A DNA stretch of 64,000 nucleotides from a virus: IMG/VR virus record IMGVR_UViG_3300046779_002349, positions 86,180-150,179 of that record; one strand, given 5' to 3'. This document shows, one piece after another, positions 8,078 to 17,272 of the stretch. Within the stretch, counting starts at the first letter, position 1, and every line of letters begins with the position of its first letter. The notes beneath the pieces are model-generated. The model did not search any database. It saw nothing but the letters and a program-made list of their open reading frames with translations, and was not told where the DNA came from. Made by a program: the position numbers and the translations under genes.

Positions 8078-10594
8078 TTATCTTTTTAGGGTCTCCATCA
8101 ATTTACTAATACCGTCACTTACTTTCGTGTCATTTATTTTATTCGCAGTAGGAAACAAACTAGAAAGTGATGCTGCTGACAACCCTAGTCCGGCGAGACC
8201 CTTGACCCCGCCTACTAAATTTTTAAGTCTTTTTTGACGGGAAAGTACAGGTAACAGAGCTTTTGTCATATTTGCCTTGGCATAATTATTAGCATGAAGC
8301 TGCCCTGCTCCTCTACGTAATGCGGCAGAATAGTCGTCTTTATTAAGGCGTTCTAAGATATTAACTAATTGTCTTGGGGAGTTAATGGCTTTTACTCCTT
8401 GCTGGCGTAAGGCAAACTCTCTGTTGCCGCTATTCCACTCATCTAGCTTTACCATTTTGTGCTCGTCTAAAAATTCAGGATCTATATCTACTCCAAGGCG
8501 TTTAAGTCTGTCGAATATTCTTTTTTCTTTATCTTTTAATCTACTCCAATTAGTTTGAACACCCAGTACTGACTTGGAGCTTAGTGCTTCTAATGCCCCA
8601 GAAGTTCCTGTGGAAATATCGTGAAAGTCCGCTATATCAGGTAGCCCTATGTAAAGATCCTGAGGTAATTTTTCGAATAATAGTAGATTTTTATCTTTTT
8701 TAAGAGACCTAGAGATAGGATTATTTTCATGATTTTTACCTAACATTCCTGCTATCTGGTATTTATCCGTTAACCCAGCTCTTCTTAATTCTCTTCGTAA
8801 CTCCCTTATTCTGGAGCCCACGTAATCGCCCCGACCAGACCCTGTTACAAAAATTAATTTTTTGTCTCCTAAATTTCTTAACAGTTGTTTCTGGTGATCG
8901 TTTAGATTTGGATTACGAAGAGCCTCATTAATTACATCCGTTTTAGTTTTTGTTTGAGAATCCTGCAAAATAGAAGTAGCTTTTTCTGTCAGTGTTGGCA
9001 TTCCTCTATTGGACACATTTATTCTATTAAATTGTCTATTAAAGTCTTGTTCCTTTCCGCCTTGTTTTAAGTTTCGCAGTAGGATATCTTCCGGTCCCCA
9101 GGTTATGAAGTTATCTTTAATCCCTACTTTTTGGGCTAAACGTCTCAAAGGACCATCTATGTTTAATTTATATCCAAAATGCGGAGAACCTACCGTACCC
9201 ACGTCTGTCATGTAACCTACAAAACCGCCAGGTGCCACTCTTGCCCGAGAATCTCTTCTCAATTGTCCTGGAGAATCTCCTTTGTCCCAATCCCATGGGC
9301 TAGTGGGGCCCATTCCTGCGTCAGCGAAAACATCGAATTTTTTTCTATATGATCGTTTGTCGTAATTATTAGAAGAATCTCTATATGCATCAACTATGTC
9401 AATATCTGCAAACTGTGGATTTTCTTTTTTAATGTCGATTAAGACATCTCGCATCGCTTGCCCTGGGTTTTTATGTCCATCGCCATGTCTTGCCAATTCG
9501 GACCAAGATACTCCGACTCTAAGTGGTCTGACTAAATCGTTTACCCCAGACCCTAAGCTCATTGCTCCGGCAGCTACTCCGGCAACTGCTGGTAATTCCT
9601 CTGTTACATTTGATTTTTTCTCTAATGTATCTTTTATTTCTTTTCCTCCAAATAACAAGCCCATTCCTGCAGAAGTATTCCTTGCAAAGGTTGTTGCTTT
9701 ATTTAAATTAGGTATAATTACGTCCGCTGCGTTTTCGTAATTCTGCGCATTTCCTCCACCAGAAGTTAATGGGCTAGAACCAGCGTATTTATTTCGCAAA
9801 TCTCTAAAGTATTTACGCGCATTAAGTGCATCCTCCTTCATACCGCGTCTTTGGAGATCCGTTAAGGCTTGTGCTATTTTGTCAGAAGGGTACTCTTTAA
9901 TTATCTTCTCTGCTTCAGGAGAAACGTGCTTGTACAGATCTCCGTATAGGTTATACTTGTACAAGTCTTCTCTATCGGCAGTTTTAAACTTTCTATAATG
10001 ATCTAATGTGTATTTAGCCGGAGGTTCTACATGTGCATCATCCCATGTTTTTTGCCATTTTTTATTATTGTTAGGGTCTATTCTAAATCTTAACTTTTCC
10101 AAGAATCCTACAGGTTCATTTCTTTTTTCTCTTCCTGCGATATCAAAAGCCTTATCGAGTTTAGTTCTGTATCTATTTTTAAGCAGACTACCTTTCACAT
10201 ACTTATCCAATGTAGTTACTGGGTTAAATTTATTCTCTTTTAAGGCCTCAAATAAAACGTTTCCATGGAGCCCCCTATAAGGGATTTCCATACCAAGAAC
10301 TTTTGTTTTAATTAAATCTTGCCCTCCATCTGCATAAGCTTTAGCTGCGGCTATTCCTTGGGATAATGGAGTTTTTTGTGAAAAAGCTTTTGTTTTAACT
10401 GCTTGGTTAAACGCTCTAGTTTTTTCATGAAGTTTACTTAAATCTAGTTTCGCTTTATGACTAATTCCCGCCAAAGCACCAGAGGCCAAAAGTCCTATTA
10501 AATTTGTATAATTTTTGTCTTTATTCCCTGTTCTGACGTCATTGGACTTTTTTTCAAAGTAAAACCCAGGTAGTATGTAACTTAACTTACGCAT
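8078..10594 (-). CDS. KxS-leader large protein; C-terminal half is glycosyltransferase (GT-B)-like
   Basis: ILPGFYFEKKS leader and internal TLEKKS; GDGHKNP, IFVTGSGRG and STGTSGALEAL resemble MurG/MGDG-synthase-type motifs. Confidence 0.5.
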   Translation of the reverse strand: MRKLSYILPGFYFEKKSNDVRTGNKDKNYTNLIGLLASGALAGISHKAKLDLSKLHEKTRAFNQAVKTKAFSQKTPLSQGIAAAKAYADGGQDLIKTKVLGMEIPYRGLHGNVLFEALKENKFNPVTTLDKYVKGSLLKNRYRTKLDKAFDIAGREKRNEPVGFLEKLRFRIDPNNNKKWQKTWDDAHVEPPAKYTLDHYRKFKTADREDLYKYNLYGDLYKHVSPEAEKIIKEYPSDKIAQALTDLQRRGMKEDALNARKYFRDLRNKYAGSSPLTSGGGNAQNYENAADVIIPNLNKATTFARNTSAGMGLLFGGKEIKDTLEKKSNVTEELPAVAGVAAGAMSLGSGVNDLVRPLRVGVSWSELARHGDGHKNPGQAMRDVLIDIKKENPQFADIDIVDAYRDSSNNYDKRSYRKKFDVFADAGMGPTSPWDWDKGDSPGQLRRDSRARVAPGGFVGYMTDVGTVGSPHFGYKLNIDGPLRRLAQKVGIKDNFITWGPEDILLRNLKQGGKEQDFNRQFNRINVSNRGMPTLTEKATSILQDSQTKTKTDVINEALRNPNLNDHQKQLLRNLGDKKLIFVTGSGRGDYVGSRIRELRRELRRAGLTDKYQIAGMLGKNHENNPISRSLKKDKNLLLFEKLPQDLYIGLPDIADFHDISTGTSGALEALSSKSVLGVQTNWSRLKDKEKRIFDRLKRLGVDIDPEFLDEHKMVKLDEWNSGNREFALRQQGVKAINSPRQLVNILERLNKDDYSAALRRGAGQLHANNYAKANMTKALLPVLSRQKRLKNLVGGVKGLAGLGLSAASLSSLFPTANKINDTKVSDGISKLMETLKR

Positions 10595-10652
10595 AAACTA
10601 ATAGCTCATTATATCAATCCTAATAAATTAATGCAATTGATTAATTTAACCC

Positions 10653-11378
10653 TTACAAATTAAGCATGTCTTTTAACTGCTTTGGTGTGTTAGCTACTTC
10701 TGAATTATTAAACCCGCCTTTATGCTCTTTCCACTTGTACTCCAACGCTGGTGTTGCTGCTGCAGCCAAGTAAGTAGGAACTCCTATAAATGCTTTCAAT
10801 GCAGACAACCTGGATCTGCCTAAGTTTCTAAGCATTTTATAACCTCTTGTCGAAGCGTCTAATTCACTACCCAATACTGTACCAAATCCTAATGTGCCTA
10901 GAATCGCTGAATTTGCTGAGTGTTCTTTATTATTCAGCATAGGAACACCAGTAGACCCTATAAGCCCAGCTAACATGCCTGCCCTATGTGCTTTTGTAAT
11001 CATCGGGTATTTTCTCATACCCTCTTTATGTCCTAGTTCATGGGCTAATACTGGAGCTGATTTATCTTTAGGATTAATATTTATTTTCTGCGTATCCGGA
11101 TAGAAAGCCGAAGCCGTACTTCTTTCGGAGATAAACTTCTTATCTGTGTTCTTTAAAGTCTCGTATCTAGTCGGATCTTTTTTATAATCTCTGCGGAGTA
11201 GTGGGCGCATTACCCCGCTGTGATAGCCCATGTTTAAGGCTGTTAAGGCCGCATTTGGTCCGAACAGAATTTCTGGTATCCCGTAATCGTTCTCGCCAGG
11301 TTTTGCCTTATCAAAATAATCTAGAACTCCTGATTGTTTGATCAGTACTGTAGGAACTAAACAACCAATAGTTTTCAT
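10653..11378 (-). CDS. KxS-leader zinc metallopeptidase-like membrane protein
   Basis: LVPTVLIKQS leader; VLAHELGH...ELDASTRG zincin-like motif; hydrophobic segments. Confidence 0.6.
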   Translation of the reverse strand: MKTIGCLVPTVLIKQSGVLDYFDKAKPGENDYGIPEILFGPNAALTALNMGYHSGVMRPLLRRDYKKDPTRYETLKNTDKKFISERSTASAFYPDTQKININPKDKSAPVLAHELGHKEGMRKYPMITKAHRAGMLAGLIGSTGVPMLNNKEHSANSAILGTLGFGTVLGSELDASTRGYKMLRNLGRSRLSALKAFIGVPTYLAAAATPALEYKWKEHKGGFNNSEVANTPKQLKDMLNL

Positions 11379-11381
11379 TTA

Positions 11382-12014
11382 TTACTGAAGTTTATTTTGA
11401 TTCTGCATTTGGTCTGCAATTTGCATCTGCTTTTCAATCAGATCAGCAACTGTGCTAGGAGCTAAACCTTTATTGTTTCTAAGATAATCCGTAACTATAT
11501 CTGCTGCAAATCTCTGCTTATCTTTAGTAAGTTCAGGAGTAGTGGTGTCGGAACTCCAACCAAGAGGAACTTGAGAAATTTTATCTTGAATCATTTCTCT
11601 ATCCCCTGCTTTAGGAGATAGGGAGTAAATAACTTTGTCTCCCACTTTCATTTCTTTACCAGCGGTTTGCTGCGTAATTTTATCCATCGTTTCGTTGGTC
11701 AATCTGTTTCTTCTCATTGAGCCACCAGCATAACCAGCAGCTCCTCCTACTCCTGCACCAATCAAAGCGGCCATCAAAGCTCTTTTAATTTTGGATGTAC
11801 GAGGTCTAGGAGAGTCGTTTAGAGAGTCGAATAAAGAAGTACCCAAATACGCACCACCCCCTGCTGCAAGTGCGCCTAGAGCTGCTCCTGCAAGCCCTGT
11901 CTGATTAGGGTTGTTTGGTTTAAAATCTTTTAGTGGAGTATCCATTACAGGGTCTACACTTGTATCGAAAGACTGCTTGATTAAATAAGTTGGAATTACG
12001 TTATGTACTTTCAT
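11382..12014 (-). CDS. KxS-leader glycine-zipper protein
   Basis: VIPTYLIKQS leader; GAALGALAAGGG and AALIGAGVGGAAGYAGG. Confidence 0.6.
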   Translation of the reverse strand: MKVHNVIPTYLIKQSFDTSVDPVMDTPLKDFKPNNPNQTGLAGAALGALAAGGGAYLGTSLFDSLNDSPRPRTSKIKRALMAALIGAGVGGAAGYAGGSMRRNRLTNETMDKITQQTAGKEMKVGDKVIYSLSPKAGDREMIQDKISQVPLGWSSDTTTPELTKDKQRFAADIVTDYLRNNKGLAPSTVADLIEKQMQIADQMQNQNKLQ

Positions 12015-12036
12015 TAAATAAATATGCTAATTATTA

Positions 12037-14298
12037 TCAGGGGGTTGCTACGGTACCTTTAACTTTCTCGTTCTTCTTAATCAAATCAAGCACAAGGTCA
12101 CCCATGGATTTAAACTGAGATTTCAATTTATTTTCCAGGATAGGCATGTCATCGGAGCCATAAAGTTTTTCAAAGTCTGCTGGTTTCCAATAGAGCAGGA
12201 AAAGAATTCTACCAAAATGGTCCAATCCTTTTTCTAGGCTAGGCAGGTAGTTTTCAATGAGTGCAGCAGAGTCATAGGTAGTAACAAGAGATCCTACCAG
12301 ACCATGTTCAAATAGATTCGATACTCTGCTTGTACCTGCCATTTGAGCAAGTTCTTCTGGAGATTTATCAAGAATGTCCTGATCTCTAAAACCTTTCTTC
12401 TCTGCCTCTTCCGAAAGCATTCCGTTTTGCACACCTTGGTTCAGATTCATACCATAACCCATATTGAGTACAGGTCTATTCAGTACAGTTCTTTCTGACT
12501 CGGCTACATGTGTTTGTTCTGGATCTGTTACTACGGCTAGAGAGCTATCGTAGTCTTTTTGGAAGTTTGGTCTGTCCGAGAAATATACAGCCGCTTTCTT
12601 CTCAAATCCAATATTGGGAATAAGATAGAAATCTTTGCTGGAGCGGTTAGAAGCCAGTTTGATCATTCTCTCCGCATCGGTGAAAGAGATATTATAGAAA
12701 CCAGCTATCTTGGTTTGACCCATTAACATGTCGCCTTGAGAAGTGAACAAAGGTTTTTCATTCTCGTATACCTTGCACTCCTCAATCATGTCATCGACTT
12801 TGAGCGTAACTTTCTTAACTCCGCGCTTTTTCAAGTATTTCCACAAGTCTTCCATTTTTACATAATCACAATCAGGACACTCAAATGATTTATAATCCGA
12901 TTCGTAATCTCTTTTAGTTTCCGTAAGAGGAAGAAAGATCGTATATTTACTAAAAATAGCTCTAGAGTTATCGCTCACATAATCTGGGCAATCATCTTCT
13001 TCGAGATCTTTGTTGATAGCTACAGTAAAGTTCTGACCACCTTTGCTGGACTTGGCTTTATAGATATATACGTTATCTTTTTCTTTTACTTTTTCTACTA
13101 CAGAGAATGGGCAACCAAATACTTTTGTGGATGTATTAAACGGCACCACATACCCGCTAGTAGGTGGTAGATCTTTTCCTTCAATGGTGTCTTTGAGTAG
13201 TGAATTAAGATACTCTCCTGAGGTTTCTTTTTCTTTATCTACGCAAGCAACTAGGTTTCCACCACGGCAGTAATCAAGTTTTTTATACGTCTTGTTATAG
13301 CACATATCCACACCTGGAGGGCAGGTCGGAGTTCTGTAGCTAGTAGACCACGGCTCTACTCCGAAGGCTTCTTTTTGCGAGTAACCAAGAATAACATCCA
13401 CTTCTTCACCAGTGTCAGTAAGTACTGTATGTTCTCCGGCTTCACTTGCCTCAGAAAAAGCTTCATTAACTTCGTCCATAACGTAGTTGAGCTCGTCTTC
13501 TTTGCGCATGTCCCAGAGCTGGTAGCCTTTTTGCGTGTACTCTTTGAGGTCTTCTTTTGCGAACTTAGTGAAGTCGATATCAAATACGATTTCAATATCT
13601 GGATTATTAGTTGGATTAGCTCTCTTTTCAATTTCTTCGGGGAATAGGGTTTCTTCGTCAATACTAGCAACAGCTTCGGCAAACTCAAAAGATTTTTCAA
13701 TTGCTCCTGCGATCTTGGACATCACAAATTCCGCATCTTTTTGTACAAGTGATTTAAGTCCAGAATCTACTGGAGTAATCGTAGTTTCGATACTATCAAA
13801 AGCTTCTTCCCAGGCTGCTTTCAAGTTGTCGTCAGCAGAAGCTCTTTTAAAAAGATTCTGTGGACTTGCAATAGTGCTTAGACGAGGGTTTTGAATCATT
13901 TGATCTGCTTTATCTCGACTCATTGCTTCGCCTTCTTTAAGCTCAGTTTTATTAATCAAATGCTCTACCCAAGCTGGATCCAGGGGACGCATCATCTTGA
14001 GTTTATGCTCGTACATCATCTCCGTACCTTTGATGACTCCATTTGCGAAAATAACAGGAACAGAAACAAGGTTTTTCCCAATACGGAAAGCGTACATACC
14101 CGCCATTTTGGAGTTATCGTCATTGGAGTAAACTACCTCAAATCCAATACGATAAGGATCTTCCATAAGTCTTCCTGCTCTAGCTGCCACTGCATTATAG
14201 GAAAGGTCGATAAATGCTTTCTCTAGATCAGCAGAAGTGTTTGCGGATTTTTTCAGTTGTTCGAAATCTTTAATCCAGTTGTACATAATTTTATACAT
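12037..14298 (-). CDS. large acidic hypothetical protein with repeated KxA motifs (putative structural protein)
   Basis: 753 aa; KKSA, KRAS, KIA, EKRA, KFA, KLAS, EKKAA; start may be 14286. Confidence 0.6.
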   Translation of the reverse strand: MYKIMYNWIKDFEQLKKSANTSADLEKAFIDLSYNAVAARAGRLMEDPYRIGFEVVYSNDDNSKMAGMYAFRIGKNLVSVPVIFANGVIKGTEMMYEHKLKMMRPLDPAWVEHLINKTELKEGEAMSRDKADQMIQNPRLSTIASPQNLFKRASADDNLKAAWEEAFDSIETTITPVDSGLKSLVQKDAEFVMSKIAGAIEKSFEFAEAVASIDEETLFPEEIEKRANPTNNPDIEIVFDIDFTKFAKEDLKEYTQKGYQLWDMRKEDELNYVMDEVNEAFSEASEAGEHTVLTDTGEEVDVILGYSQKEAFGVEPWSTSYRTPTCPPGVDMCYNKTYKKLDYCRGGNLVACVDKEKETSGEYLNSLLKDTIEGKDLPPTSGYVVPFNTSTKVFGCPFSVVEKVKEKDNVYIYKAKSSKGGQNFTVAINKDLEEDDCPDYVSDNSRAIFSKYTIFLPLTETKRDYESDYKSFECPDCDYVKMEDLWKYLKKRGVKKVTLKVDDMIEECKVYENEKPLFTSQGDMLMGQTKIAGFYNISFTDAERMIKLASNRSSKDFYLIPNIGFEKKAAVYFSDRPNFQKDYDSSLAVVTDPEQTHVAESERTVLNRPVLNMGYGMNLNQGVQNGMLSEEAEKKGFRDQDILDKSPEELAQMAGTSRVSNLFEHGLVGSLVTTYDSAALIENYLPSLEKGLDHFGRILFLLYWKPADFEKLYGSDDMPILENKLKSQFKSMGDLVLDLIKKNEKVKGTVATP

Positions 14299-14368
14299 TA
14301 TACATGAATCAATAGAGAAAATCTAGATAAAAAAAAGGAGAGCAGAATTTATCTACCCTCCCTTTATT

Positions 14369-14926
14369 TCATACTTTTGATAACTTCACCAGCATGATGG
14401 TGTTTAAACTCGAAGAAACTAGTATTGCTGCAAGTAACGCAATAGCCCAATTGAAAGGTTTTTTCTCTGGTGGGAGAATTTTAATCTCTTCATTTGGATT
14501 ACGCATAGGCTTAGCTAAAATAGCCACTTCTTTTTTAGGTTCTGGTTTCTTAGCAATAACTGGTGCGCTACTAACTCTCGTAACAGAAACTCTTTTTAGC
14601 CCCTGGTTCCAAGTAAGTCCAATTTGCTTTGCTGCGGCTGGAGTAAGATCAATAATACGTCCTTTGATAAACGGACCTCTATCCGTGATCTTTACTACAA
14701 CTGACTTTCCTGTTTTTAGGCAGGAGACTTTAACTTTACTTCCTAGAGGTAGTGTTTTATGCGCTGCGGTTAGAGCGTTATCATTAAGTCTAGAACCAGA
14801 AGCTGTTCTTGTACCTCCGTTAGTCTTTACAGAATAAATTGAGGCAACTCCAATCTCACCTGCGGCTAATTTATTTAGGCCTAAGGTAATTAGAAAAGCG
14901 ATGATAAGTACGATTAGTTGTCTCAT
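14369..14926 (-). CDS. rlpA: RlpA-family (double-psi beta-barrel) lytic transglycosylase-like protein
   Basis: GVASIY...TASG...[16 protein letters not shown]...[24 protein letters not shown]; signal peptide and C-terminal TM helix. Confidence 0.9.
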   Translation of the reverse strand: MRQLIVLIIAFLITLGLNKLAAGEIGVASIYSVKTNGGTRTASGSRLNDNALTAAHKTLPLGSKVKVSCLKTGKSVVVKITDRGPFIKGRIIDLTPAAAKQIGLTWNQGLKRVSVTRVSSAPVIAKKPEPKKEVAILAKPMRNPNEEIKILPPEKKPFNWAIALLAAILVSSSLNTIMLVKLSKV

Positions 14927-15114
14927 TTTTTGTTTGGGTTAGGAATTTCCATAAAATAAACATAATGGGTGTTTAACCCATCTTTCACTTCTAAAGCTCT
15001 TACTACTCTTCCGTCTTTCAACTTATAGTAGAATTTTTCGGTGTAAATAGGTTCTGTTTGTTGTACACAGCTTACGCAGGTGATTGCTAGTAGTAGGGTG
15101 ATGTATTTTTTCAT
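14923..15114 (-). CDS. small putative lipoprotein
   Basis: [16 protein letters not shown], lipoprotein-like signal. Confidence 0.55.
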   Translation of the reverse strand: MKKYITLLLAITCVSCVQQTEPIYTEKFYYKLKDGRVVRALEVKDGLNTHYVYFMEIPNPNKK

Positions 15115-15120
15115 TTTTGT

Positions 15121-15336
15121 TTATATGGTTATTTTAACTTTTGTGTGATTAACTTTCTTTGGTCTTTCATCTATGAGGGCCCCATTTGAATTTTCGTAGT
15201 AGATTACCTTACCATTAGCATTGTATTCTGCTTTGCTCCAGTAACCACCTGCTTCTTCGTAGTAGGTTACATTGTCGTTAGCATCCTTAATAACATAAGG
15301 AAATTCTGTGATACCATTTTGCTGTGCTAGAGTCAT
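15121..15336 (-). CDS. MTLAQQN-family 21-aa-repeat protein with C-terminal tag
   Basis: 71 aa; ends KKVNHTKVKITI. Confidence 0.85.
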   Translation of the reverse strand: MTLAQQNGITEFPYVIKDANDNVTYYEEAGGYWSKAEYNANGKVIYYENSNGALIDERPKKVNHTKVKITI

Positions 15337-15611
15337 ATAGTTAATTGAACTTTTGTGTGATTAACTTTCTTTGGTCTTTTATCTATGATATCGCCAAATG
15401 AATCTTCGAAGTAGATTAAGTTTTCTTTTTCATCGTATTCTCTTTTGCGCCAGTAACCAAGTGAATTTTTGCAGTAGGTTTCATTACCTCTAGAATTGTA
15501 TTCTGACTTGTACCAGTAACCGTCTGCATTCTCGAAGTAAATAATTCTTCCTTTTTCATCCTTAATAATATAAGGAAATTCTGTGATACCATTTTGCTGG
15601 GCTAGTGTCAT
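15333..15611 (-). CDS. MTLAQQN-family repeat protein with C-terminal tag
   Basis: 92 aa; ends NHTKVQLTI. Confidence 0.85.
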   Translation of the reverse strand: MTLAQQNGITEFPYIIKDEKGRIIYFENADGYWYKSEYNSRGNETYCKNSLGYWRKREYDEKENLIYFEDSFGDIIDKRPKKVNHTKVQLTI

Positions 15612-15886
15612 ATAATTATTTTAACTTTTAGATGATTAACTTTCTTTGGTCTATTGTCTCGGATATACCCAGATGAATCTTCGAAGTAGATTACATTGTC
15701 GTTATAATCATATTCTCTTTTGCGCCAGTAACCATATGCATTTTCGCAGTATGTTTCCTTACCGCTAGCATCATATTCTACCTTGTACCAGAAACCATCT
15801 GCATTTTCGTAGTAAATACTTCTTCCTTTTTGATCTCGAATAATATAAGGAAATTCTGTGATACCATTTTGCTGTGCTAGAGTCAT
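15608..15886 (-). CDS. MTLAQQN-family repeat protein with C-terminal tag
   Basis: 92 aa; ends NHLKVKIII. Confidence 0.85.
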   Translation of the reverse strand: MTLAQQNGITEFPYIIRDQKGRSIYYENADGFWYKVEYDASGKETYCENAYGYWRKREYDYNDNVIYFEDSSGYIRDNRPKKVNHLKVKIII

Positions 15887-16161
15887 ATAGTTAATTGAAC
15901 TTTTGTGTGATTAACTTTCTTTGGTCTTTTATCTATGATATCGCCAAATGAATCTTTATAGTAAATTAACTTTCCTTTTTCGTCATGTTCTCTTTCACTC
16001 CAGTAACCAGTTGAATCTTCACAATAAGTTACATTGCTGTTGGCGTCATATTCGCTTTTGACCCAGGAACCACTTGGATTTTCTAAGTAAATAATTCTTC
16101 CTTTTTGATCTCGAATAATATAAGGAAATTCTGTTATATTATTTTGTTGCGCTAGTGTCAT
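15883..16161 (-). CDS. MTLAQQN-family repeat protein with C-terminal tag
   Basis: 92 aa; ends NHTKVQLTI. Confidence 0.85.
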   Translation of the reverse strand: MTLAQQNNITEFPYIIRDQKGRIIYLENPSGSWVKSEYDANSNVTYCEDSTGYWSEREHDEKGKLIYYKDSFGDIIDKRPKKVNHTKVQLTI

Positions 16162-16436
16162 ATAGTTATTTTAACTTGTAAATGATTAACTTTCTTTGGT
16201 CTTTTGTCTACGATGGTCCCATCGTAATCTTCGTAGTAGATTAAGGTTCCTCGTGCATCATATTCTGCTTTGCGCCAAAAACCAGTTGACTCTTCGTAGT
16301 ATGTTTTCTTACCATTAGAATCATATTCTGATTTGAACCAGGAACCACTTGAATCTTCGTAGTAAATACTTCTTCCTTTTTGATCTCGAATAATATAAGG
16401 AAATTCTGTAATTCCGTTTTGCTGGGCTAGTGTCAT
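16158..16436 (-). CDS. MTLAQQN-family repeat protein with C-terminal tag
   Basis: 92 aa; ends NHLQVKITI. Confidence 0.85.
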   Translation of the reverse strand: MTLAQQNGITEFPYIIRDQKGRSIYYEDSSGSWFKSEYDSNGKKTYYEESTGFWRKAEYDARGTLIYYEDYDGTIVDKRPKKVNHLQVKITI

Positions 16437-16648
16437 ATAGTTATTTTAACTTTTGTGCGATTAACTTTCTTTGGTCTTTTATCTATGAGGGTCCCATTTG
16501 AATTTTCGTAGTAGATTGCCTTGCCAGTAGCATTGTATTCTGCTTTGCTCCAGAAACCATATGCATTTTCGTAGTAGGTTTCCTTACCTCTTTCATCCTT
16601 AATAATATAAGGAAACTCTGTAATTCCATTTTGTTGAGCTAGTGTCAT
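16433..16648 (-). CDS. MTLAQQN-family repeat protein with C-terminal tag (start set at 16648)
   Basis: 71 aa from MTLAQQN; ends NRTKVKITI. Confidence 0.85.
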   Translation of the reverse strand: MTLAQQNGITEFPYIIKDERGKETYYENAYGFWSKAEYNATGKAIYYENSNGTLIDKRPKKVNRTKVKITI

Positions 16649-16885
16649 ATGTTTAACAGTAAACTTCAACAATAGTGTATTGCTTATTAGTCGTGAGGAG
16701 TAATTCTTTAATTGTGTTCAAAGCTTCGTCTTTAGAATACATTAACGTTCCGGCTGGCCCATCTGGAACAACTAACGTTCCTGCTGGCGCAGCTGGAACG
16801 TCGAAAATATCTACCCCTCCATGCCAGCGGTAATGAATTTCCATAATTTTATAATATATGTGAATGTTGTCGCTTAGTTTTTTGC

Positions 16886-17272
16886 TCATAAAGTAATTGT
16901 TGTTTTTGTGATGCTTAAGTGTTTAGAATCTCTTATATGTAGAAAGAAATATTCATCTATCTGATGTGTGCTTATATCTTCGAATGTTGATGGAATATTA
17001 ATCATACACCCATTTAGCGTAAGCTCTTTATTGCCAACCAGTGATGTATTTTCCAAGTCTTCACGCATTAGATAAACGTAGAACAATAAGTTTTTGTATT
17101 GGTATATTTTACAGCCGCCTAATTTATAGGCAAAAGATTTTAATTTTTTTTTATGCTGAGGTAAAACAGCTACAGCTATTTTGTCTGTTACTGTTATCCA
17201 ATAACTTAATGTTTTGTCATTTACTGCCTCTGCGGCAATATTAATTATTTTCTGCCTTAATGTGTCACTCAT
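16886..17272 (-). CDS. tagged hypothetical protein, second family
   Basis: TLRQKIINI N-terminus shared with its two neighbours; ends SITKTTITL. Confidence 0.75.
   Translation of the reverse strand: MSDTLRQKIINIAAEAVNDKTLSYWITVTDKIAVAVLPQHKKKLKSFAYKLGGCKIYQYKNLLFYVYLMREDLENTSLVGNKELTLNGCMINIPSTFEDISTHQIDEYFFLHIRDSKHLSITKTTITL

Larger units (their letters stand above)
15121..16648 (-). repeat. tandem array of six MTLAQQN-family genes with a 275-bp period
   Basis: Stops at 15121, 15333, 15608, 15883, 16158, 16433; conserved junction of about 90 bp across each ATGA overlap. Confidence 0.95.

Noticed and set aside
15121-16648. Regular 275-bp periodicity resembling a CRISPR or integron cassette array
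   Set aside because: The repeats are coding gene junctions with synonymous variation, the spacers are homologous to each other, and there are no attC-like palindromes, cas genes or integrase in the window.
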